Shown in pieces: positions 10,196 to 17,176 of a stretch of 32,000 nucleotides of DNA (positions are counted from its first letter, which is position 1; each line of letters opens with the position of its first letter). The notes under the pieces are model-generated. The model did no database searches. It was not told where the DNA came from and saw only the letters and a program-made list of their open reading frames with translations. Source of the DNA: Candidatus Heimdallarchaeota archaeon (GTDB lineage Archaea; Asgardarchaeota; Heimdallarchaeia; Heimdallarchaeales; Heimdallarchaeaceae); NCBI GenBank assembly GCA_030668875.1, contig DAOVER010000001.1, forward strand, positions 60,001 through 92,000, read 5' to 3'. Made by a program: the position numbers and the translations under genes.

Positions 10196-10348
10196 ATGGA
10201 CTACTCTAAGGAATCATCGACAGAGAAAGAAGAATCAAAAAATGATGAGCAGTCATTCAGTTGCACTGGTTGTGGCTCTTCTTTAGGTAAGTATGATAAA
10301 AGATGCCCCAATTGCGAAAGATTAAATCCTAATTATGTTTTAAGATGA
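10196..10348 (+). CDS. Small zinc-ribbon protein (50 aa), absent from the supplied ORF track
   Basis: Manual translation MDYSKESSTEKEESKNDEQSFSCTGCGSSLGKYDKRCPNCERLNPNYVLR* shows CxxC-x10-CPxC. An AT-rich promoter-like region lies upstream. Confidence 0.75.
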   Translation: MDYSKESSTEKEESKNDEQSFSCTGCGSSLGKYDKRCPNCERLNPNYVLR

Positions 10349-10412
10349 GTAATAACTCTATACAAAAAATTAAATACAACGGCTGACTTCACTATTTTGT
10401 AAGGTTATAAAA

Positions 10413-10595
10413 ATGGTAGACATTCCTTTACCACCAAGTTCAGGTGATTCAAAAGACGAAAAATCGGATGCTACCTGTGAGAAATATGAAGAAATTATGG
10501 GAGGATATTGCAAATATTTTATAACAAAAAGTGGAGAATGCATGCTTAAGTACGGTATTTGTGATGGGTTTGGAGTTTTGAAAAAGAAGTTTTGA
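10413..10595 (+). CDS. Small Cys-rich hypothetical protein (60 aa)
   Basis: ATG-started, four Cys, fills the gap with no overlap and converges on the next gene with a 7-nt gap. Confidence 0.55.
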   Translation: MVDIPLPPSSGDSKDEKSDATCEKYEEIMGGYCKYFITKSGECMLKYGICDGFGVLKKKF

Positions 10596-10602
10596 AAAAT
10601 TG

Positions 10603-11445
10603 TTATCTTCGTATTAGTTGATCTAAATCAGTGCTTACTTCTTTTACATTGGCAACTATCCTATTCTGACCTAATCCTTTTGTTCCATCATCTTCAATAG
10701 TCGCAGCTGTTAAAAATAATGGTTTAAAGAATTCTCTGACCATTTGTTTCCCGTCGCCTAGCAAACAAGAGCATGTACCAATGTATTTGTCTCCATCGGA
10801 TCTTTTAACTCTAAAGAAGCTAATATGATTGGCTCTCTCTCTCCAGATAATTAGATTCGCACTTAAAATTATATTGTCTCTTATAATGTGACCAAGATAA
10901 ACATTTGAATCTAAACCTAGTTCGTATAATTTACTACTTGGATGTTTGTCGAAGTTTGTAAGAACCATCATCTTCGTATTCTTGGATAATTGTTTGTATC
11001 TTTCAAGTGGAACCTGTTCTGTTGATTCTTTAATAACAAAAGTATAGGATCTATCTCTCCGTAATGTATATGCAGCTTGGTATTCTATCATTGCTGATGC
11101 AAGATTTAATAAAATTAGAGCTTCTTTTTTGTTAAGTTCAAATTTGTCAACGGATTGAACTGGTACTTTAGATTTAGAAAGTAAGCTACATATTAAAACT
11201 CCAATCAAATCATGAGATAAAGATCCAGCTATAATACATCCTGATGGAAGAACAATTGCAGGTAGAGGATTTAGTGGGATACCTTTCTTTTCAGCTGTTT
11301 CTCTGCTCTTGTTAACTTGGTGCACTTTAACCTTTATTTCATCAGTCTTAAGTGCTCCAATAACTGCAGTTAAGAATTTCAGAGTAGGTATACAATGATT
11401 ACAATTTTCCTCATGAATGTATATTTCTAATTCCATAAGCCCCAC
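10603..11445 (-). CDS. Thioredoxin/glutaredoxin-fold (CNHC) protein fused to a DICT-like sensory domain
   Basis: N-terminus LEIYIHEENCNHC...PLPAIVL. C-terminal part LNKKEALILLNLASAMIEYQA...LERYKQLSKNTKMMVL resembles DICT. The likely start is ATG 11436. Confidence 0.6.
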   Translation of the reverse strand: MGLMELEIYIHEENCNHCIPTLKFLTAVIGALKTDEIKVKVHQVNKSRETAEKKGIPLNPLPAIVLPSGCIIAGSLSHDLIGVLICSLLSKSKVPVQSVDKFELNKKEALILLNLASAMIEYQAAYTLRRDRSYTFVIKESTEQVPLERYKQLSKNTKMMVLTNFDKHPSSKLYELGLDSNVYLGHIIRDNIILSANLIIWRERANHISFFRVKRSDGDKYIGTCSCLLGDGKQMVREFFKPLFLTAATIEDDGTKGLGQNRIVANVKEVSTDLDQLIRR

Positions 11446-11485
11446 TAACAGATTCGATAGTTTGAATAAGAAGGAGTTAGATATT

Positions 11486-11500
11486 ATTATTATAAAGATT
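11486..11500 (-). promoter_or_regulatory. Putative archaeal TATA-box promoter (AATCTTTATAATAAT)
   Basis: The same 15-mer occurs at 13934-13948 (+). Both copies lie about 45-55 nt upstream of a start codon. Confidence 0.4.
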
Positions 11501-11520
11501 GCTGTTCTTTGATTGATTTC

Positions 11521-12759
11521 TTACTTTTTCTTTGAATACATTTTTTCTAGATATTTACTTTTTGCGATATTAAGTGCTTCAAGAGCATGATTGAAGCAAT
11601 GCAATCTTCGCTCTGGAATAGGATCCCATCCTCTCCCATCACTGTTTTCAGCCATCAGAAGTTGCTTCCATAATTCATCATCTATTTCTTCTGGAGTTAG
11701 TTGATTAATATACCATCTTGCTTCATCACATAGACGCTCGAGTTTTTGATTATCTTCATCTTTAGTCCACAAATCTAATCTTCTATCAGGTGCCCAACTA
11801 CCAGTTTTCATATACCCAATTTCTGAAGGTTTGTTATTTTCCAGATATTTCACTGGTAATATCATTGAATTATCACTGATATTGGTCATCTTGATCAATA
11901 GTTTCCTAAGAGATTCAGTAGCAATCAGTTTTCCATCAACTACACTTCTATATCCAAAAAATTCTATGTCTGTTCCATATGGAATTACTAGACCAGTTTG
12001 TTTACTAAATTTTGAAATTATTTTTATTGTGTTCCTTATTGATAACAATGGATAACCCATAAGACTAGCACTTGTGAAAATTGACCAACTTTGAGGAACT
12101 CTTAAACCTGTAATAGTCCCTTTAGCTCCCTTCACTTCAACAGGTTCAAATTCAGCACTTTTGAGTACTTTTTTCATCCCTCTAATTGCTCTTCTAAAGT
12201 GAATGATTTTTCTGAATATTCCTTTTGCTTTTAAGAAATCAATTACGTAATGTGAAGCAGAATAGTATTCAGCATTGTATAGGTTGGAGTCATTCATTAA
12301 GGGTGAACTCATTCTATATAGCTCATCATCAATGAACATGTATGAGAAACCATGTTCTTTCAGTATTTTTGGAAGTGTTGGGTCATAAGCTAATTCAGGA
12401 AGCCAGAAACCTTTAGGTACATAATTTAATGTTTTTTCAAGAACCTCAAGATTAAACTCTATTTGTTTGTTAATATCTTCAATTGGTAATAATGGGAAAA
12501 TGGGGTGAGAATATCCACAACCTGTTAACTCAAATTTCTCTTTCTTGATACCTTCTTTTAATAAATCTATAACTTCAGGATATTCGTTATAGAGAATTTC
12601 TAAAGTAACACCTGTGAAGTTGAGTACAACTGCAATGTCTGGTATCTCAAGAAGTAGGGAAAGAACTGGAATATAACTCTGTTCAACAACATTAGGAATC
12701 TCATCAACGGGAATCTCTGCATATTGGAGATTTGCATGTAAAATTATGGTTGAATACAC
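11521..12759 (-). CDS. galA: GH57 glycoside hydrolase, alpha-galactosidase subfamily
   Basis: LHANLQYAEIP, KGFWLPELAYDP (nucleophile), YGTDIEFFGYR (acid/base), SWAPD and AENSDGRGWDPIPERRL, all resembling the Thermococcales GH57 alpha-galactosidase. Confidence 0.88.
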   Translation of the reverse strand: MYSTIILHANLQYAEIPVDEIPNVVEQSYIPVLSLLLEIPDIAVVLNFTGVTLEILYNEYPEVIDLLKEGIKKEKFELTGCGYSHPIFPLLPIEDINKQIEFNLEVLEKTLNYVPKGFWLPELAYDPTLPKILKEHGFSYMFIDDELYRMSSPLMNDSNLYNAEYYSASHYVIDFLKAKGIFRKIIHFRRAIRGMKKVLKSAEFEPVEVKGAKGTITGLRVPQSWSIFTSASLMGYPLLSIRNTIKIISKFSKQTGLVIPYGTDIEFFGYRSVVDGKLIATESLRKLLIKMTNISDNSMILPVKYLENNKPSEIGYMKTGSWAPDRRLDLWTKDEDNQKLERLCDEARWYINQLTPEEIDDELWKQLLMAENSDGRGWDPIPERRLHCFNHALEALNIAKSKYLEKMYSKKK

Positions 12760-12848
12760 AAGTCAAAACAATAGATTGGACATAAAAAGATTTTGGGAGG
12801 AATAACTATCCGAAGCTATTAAATAAATATAAGATAATAATAACTCAA

Positions 12849-13805
12849 ATGACATCCCGTGAGATAAGAAAGAACCCATTTACAGGAGAATGGGTAATCT
12901 TTTCAGAGAAAAGACAGACTAGACCAGACAGAAAAGAAAGTGAATGTCCTTTATGTGTAGGTTCTGAAGAAGTACCAAGTTTTACCAAACCTCTACGTTT
13001 GGATAACAAATTCCCTGCTCTCTCGACAGAGGGAGAATTAAAACGACATAAAATGGGTGAATTTTATGAGAAAATGAATGGTTATGGCAACTGCCAATTA
13101 GTTGTGTATACTGATAATCATGATTCAAAATTTCTATCATTATCGTCCGACAATATAATGCAGATTTTTGAAGTGTGGATGGCAGCAACTAAAGAAAATG
13201 GCAAGAATCCTTCCTTAAAGTATATCCTCCCTTTTGAAAACTATGGTGAAGATGTAGGTGCAACTCTAATTCATCCTCACGGACAAATTTATGCTTTCTC
13301 TTTCATACCAAATGAGATTCAATTAGAATTTAATACAATACAACAGTATCGCGAGAAAAACAAAGAATGTATGGTTTGTAATTATATCTCAGCTGAACTT
13401 GATAAAGATGTTAGAGTAGTTTATCATGATGAAAGCATCATCGCCTTAATTCCCTATCATGCTAAGTATGCATATGATGTATATATCTACCCTAAACGGC
13501 ATTACAACTTCCTACATCAAGGGACGAGAAGCGAATTCAACTTATTGGTTGATCTTTTACCAAAACTAATCGCTGCTTTAAATCATATCTTTGAGAAAGA
13601 GGTAAGCTACTCTCTATCTCTCCACCAAGCACCTTTAAACACTAAAAATTCTTCTTTTTACCATTTGTATTTCAAACTTCATACACCACAAAGAAACGCT
13701 TCTTCACTAAAATTACTTGGTGCAGTCGAGACTAGTACAGATACTTTCATTAATGGAATCCTTCCAGAAAATGCAGCATCTAAATTGAGAAAAATTATGA
13801 TGTAA
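12849..13805 (+). CDS. galT: Galactose-1-phosphate uridylyltransferase
   Basis: REIRKNPFTGEWV..RQTRP, CPLC, NKFPAL and the active site FEN.G..VGATLIHPHGQI. Confidence 0.95.
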   Translation: MTSREIRKNPFTGEWVIFSEKRQTRPDRKESECPLCVGSEEVPSFTKPLRLDNKFPALSTEGELKRHKMGEFYEKMNGYGNCQLVVYTDNHDSKFLSLSSDNIMQIFEVWMAATKENGKNPSLKYILPFENYGEDVGATLIHPHGQIYAFSFIPNEIQLEFNTIQQYREKNKECMVCNYISAELDKDVRVVYHDESIIALIPYHAKYAYDVYIYPKRHYNFLHQGTRSEFNLLVDLLPKLIAALNHIFEKEVSYSLSLHQAPLNTKNSSFYHLYFKLHTPQRNASSLKLLGAVETSTDTFINGILPENAASKLRKIMM

Positions 13806-13933
13806 GTAATTTTTCCTATTTTCCTGATTCTCATAAATATTAACAAGCACAAATGAACTTCTATTATGAATAGGCAGTTATCACGTTAGTCTCTATTTTT
13901 CTCGAAGTTGTTATCTTGGTTGGAATCTAAAAG

Positions 13934-13948
13934 AATCTTTATAATAAT
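13934..13948 (+). promoter_or_regulatory. Putative TATA-box promoter of the large surface-protein gene
   Basis: AATCTTTATAATAAT upstream of the GGAGGT RBS (13980-13985) and ATG 13991. Confidence 0.4.
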
Positions 13949-13990
13949 ATAATCACATAGTTGTCGTTAGACAATAATTGGAGGTCTAAA

Positions 13991-16900
13991 ATGAAATTTA
14001 AAACAATTTTGGGTTCGACTTTAGTTGGTTTTACACTTATTCTGCTGACAATGAGTAGTACAGTTACTCAAGCTCATTTATCCTCACAGAATAACAGTTC
14101 AAACCTTGAAGTAGATCCAATATTTATTGAAGAAATGAATATTATAGCAGGTAAAGATTCAGCTGCACTAGTACAATTAATTTTACTAGGTGCGAGCGCT
14201 CCAACCATTGCATCAAACTCACTATTTGCAAGTGTTATAAATTGGTTATTTATTGCCTCAGATCAAGCAGATTATCTTCCATATCTTAATCGAAGACCTT
14301 TCAGAGCTGCAGATAATGCAACATTAATTTTAGAAATTGATGGCTCTTTAGGTGCTACTGGAAGTCTTGCTAAGGCTGTAGAAATAAGTATCCTTTTTGC
14401 AACATATTATGATGTAGGTTTGTTCTGGTCAGGAGCTGACAAACTTCTAAATAACAACTACCTATACTACTTCACAGGTGGTATGGAGAACACTATTTTC
14501 AATACTCTAATTACAGAGATAAGAGCTGATGTTGGTACAGGTTTTGCTTCACTACTTGACCCAGCAACAGTAAGTGGTGCTCCCGTAAAAACAGTTGTTA
14601 TTGGTGAAGGGTTTATTGAAGGAAGAATGCTTCCTGTTCGTGGAGTTTTCTACGTAGATGATGACGCTATTACAGGTACAACAACTTACACACTGTCAAC
14701 TTTAGAGTTGTTTGGAACAAATGTAGTTGCAAAAACTGGTATTGGGATATACTATTCTACACTAAAATTTAATTTCCCATATACAATTAATCCTCTCGAA
14801 ATATTCCCAAGAACAGATAACTTTGCCCCTCATATAACTGGAAAAATGGATTGGTTGCTTAATGCACCTTGGCGATTAGCTAGGCCAGCTCAAGATTACT
14901 ACGTTGTATTTGACATTAATCATGATGCGCTGACTTCAGCTCCAAGAGTTTCTGTAAATATGGCATATGATCAAGACATGCTAAACAATGCAGGTCGCTT
15001 ACAGATGGATTATGTTGTAACCAATACAGGAACAGAAAACGCAACAGATATTGATATCAGTTATTCACTTGGACCAGACTTTCTAGACTTTCTGGCTGCT
15101 AAACCAGATATGCCAGCACTTCGTCCAGATGTATATATAGATGAAACAGTATTAATCAAAATCAATGCATCAATTGATATTGAAGTAGGTCCTCAATTAG
15201 AAGGATGGGGTGTTGAAGATCAACATCACAACCAAATAGGTTTGGTGTTGGATGGTTGGTACAAATGGACTGCAAATGACTCACTAGTTGATTTTGATCC
15301 ATTACTCACTGATGTTGTTGTGAAATCAGATTCAGCCCAAATAGTAATTGTGCCAATTGTAGATGAACAAGTGACCACATCAATATCCTTGCATTGTGAT
15401 GACGGGCTTTCTAAAATACTAGTATCAACAGTAACAGCTTATCTAGCTGATATTGACATAACTGATTATATGCCTTACACTCTTGCAACAGTTCCGCTAA
15501 TGTTAGCAGATTATGAGACTGAACTATGGCTCGCTGTAGAAAATGCAGGAACTGAATTGTATGATTTGTTATATACAGAGCAATCTATCTTTGATCCTTA
15601 CTTAATGGACTTCACATTCTCTGTTCGAGATGTTGGAGTAATTGGATTAGATTCAGTTGAGGAAGTTTTCTTGAATACAACAATACCTTTCCTAGGTGTT
15701 GGTGAATCAGTCAATGTCAGTTGGGCATTAGACAACATTCCAGCTAAAGATGACTTCTTTGGAATTATGGGTGTTGAATTGATAGATAACGGAGATCCCG
15801 CAAACGCTGTGAAATTAACAACAGTTAAACAAACTGGTTATAACTTGATGAGATTGCTCTTTGGTTATGGAGATCCTGGCGCAACATTTACTTACAGTCG
15901 TCCACTCAGTTTCTATAGTCCCTGGGACAACAATTGGATTTCAGTAGGTGCTAGATATAGCTATCTCGATGAACAAGGTTTCGAATATTATGGTTTCAGT
16001 AATGGAATCAACTTACAAATTGCTGATGATGAAGCTGTTCTTAATGTCCATGTTTCATTAGATCAAACTGGTTACACAGTTGGAGACGCAATAACTGTAA
16101 CTTATTCTGTTACAAACACTGGAAATCTTGCTGCTGAAAATGTCAAAATCTATCTCTTCCATGGAAGAATGGGTAATGACTGGCAAATTAGAGATGCTAA
16201 ACTGTTCTACTATGATGATGTTGGAACAGTTGTTGCTGGTGGAAGTTACGTCGGAACAGCTGATGTTTTTGCCAATTCTTTCCTAGGAATTCATCCAGTT
16301 TATGCAGTAGCAGAATTTGACACTGACGTTGGTCAAACTGCATTATCTGATGGAATTGTTAACTTTGGAAACGGTTTAATTTCTATATTTGAAGGCGCAG
16401 CAGAAACTCACCATTTAGTACTATCTAATATGGATTGGGCTATGTTACTCCCCGACACAGAGAATAGAGAACCAGCATTCCCACAACCAATACTATCAAT
16501 CGATGTGTCTGTGTTGTTCATCATCCCAGATGATGCTCCTTGGGAATTAGAGATTTCTATTACTATCACCAACATTGGTGACGAGACTACTCACTTGACC
16601 ATCTATCAGATTTACAATGCAACTTCAATGGACTTATTACACAAAGAATCCACCAAAGGTAGCATTGCTAATGATACTGCTTATGGATTAGGTGTTATCG
16701 TCTTTCTAGGTATAACATTGGCTCCCGGTGAATCAGTTGAGATTACAATGAGATGGTTATTCCTCACAAGCAGTGGATGTTTCATTCCAGGTATTCGTAT
16801 AGTCTATGATAGTAGATTTGAGAACGAATTGGGTGATGATCCAATGGGAGATCCTCCAGAAGAAGACGTTATGACAGCGATGAATGGTGAAGCCCAAGAT

Positions 16901-17083
16901 AGTGAAGATTGGGAAGACTATGGAGAATCCACACAAACAGGTTCTTCAGCAGGTGCTGATGTCTTTACTGGTGGAGATAACACTCGTAGAACAGGATCAC
17001 TCGATGCCCTTTATTGGTCATTAGGTGCAATCTTTGTAGTTGCAACAGTTTCAACAATGTTGAGAAGAAAACTAAAACACTAA
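13991..17083 (+). CDS. Large secreted, C-terminally anchored surface protein with CARDB/DUF11-like Ig folds (1030 aa)
   Basis: A GGAGGT RBS precedes ATG 13991 (the ORF track starts at TTG 13961). Signal peptide MKFKTILG..TVTQA, three 'V(T/S)NTG/ITNIG' Ig-like motifs, an acidic linker, and a TM helix plus RRKLKH. Confidence 0.85.
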   Translation: MKFKTILGSTLVGFTLILLTMSSTVTQAHLSSQNNSSNLEVDPIFIEEMNIIAGKDSAALVQLILLGASAPTIASNSLFASVINWLFIASDQADYLPYLNRRPFRAADNATLILEIDGSLGATGSLAKAVEISILFATYYDVGLFWSGADKLLNNNYLYYFTGGMENTIFNTLITEIRADVGTGFASLLDPATVSGAPVKTVVIGEGFIEGRMLPVRGVFYVDDDAITGTTTYTLSTLELFGTNVVAKTGIGIYYSTLKFNFPYTINPLEIFPRTDNFAPHITGKMDWLLNAPWRLARPAQDYYVVFDINHDALTSAPRVSVNMAYDQDMLNNAGRLQMDYVVTNTGTENATDIDISYSLGPDFLDFLAAKPDMPALRPDVYIDETVLIKINASIDIEVGPQLEGWGVEDQHHNQIGLVLDGWYKWTANDSLVDFDPLLTDVVVKSDSAQIVIVPIVDEQVTTSISLHCDDGLSKILVSTVTAYLADIDITDYMPYTLATVPLMLADYETELWLAVENAGTELYDLLYTEQSIFDPYLMDFTFSVRDVGVIGLDSVEEVFLNTTIPFLGVGESVNVSWALDNIPAKDDFFGIMGVELIDNGDPANAVKLTTVKQTGYNLMRLLFGYGDPGATFTYSRPLSFYSPWDNNWISVGARYSYLDEQGFEYYGFSNGINLQIADDEAVLNVHVSLDQTGYTVGDAITVTYSVTNTGNLAAENVKIYLFHGRMGNDWQIRDAKLFYYDDVGTVVAGGSYVGTADVFANSFLGIHPVYAVAEFDTDVGQTALSDGIVNFGNGLISIFEGAAETHHLVLSNMDWAMLLPDTENREPAFPQPILSIDVSVLFIIPDDAPWELEISITITNIGDETTHLTIYQIYNATSMDLLHKESTKGSIANDTAYGLGVIVFLGITLAPGESVEITMRWLFLTSSGCFIPGIRIVYDSRFENELGDDPMGDPPEEDVMTAMNGEAQDSEDWEDYGESTQTGSSAGADVFTGGDNTRRTGSLDALYWSLGAIFVVATVSTMLRRKLKH

Positions 17084-17114
17084 TTTTTCTTTTTCTTTCT
17101 TTTTCTTTTCTTTT
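17084..17114 (+). terminator. Archaeal oligo-U/pyrimidine-tract terminator
   Basis: 31-nt tract of only T and C immediately after the stop codon. Confidence 0.7.
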
Positions 17115-17176
17115 AGTAATTCGTAATAGCTGGTTTTAAATATTGATTTGTCGCTAGATTCCAAGAGCGGGATTCG

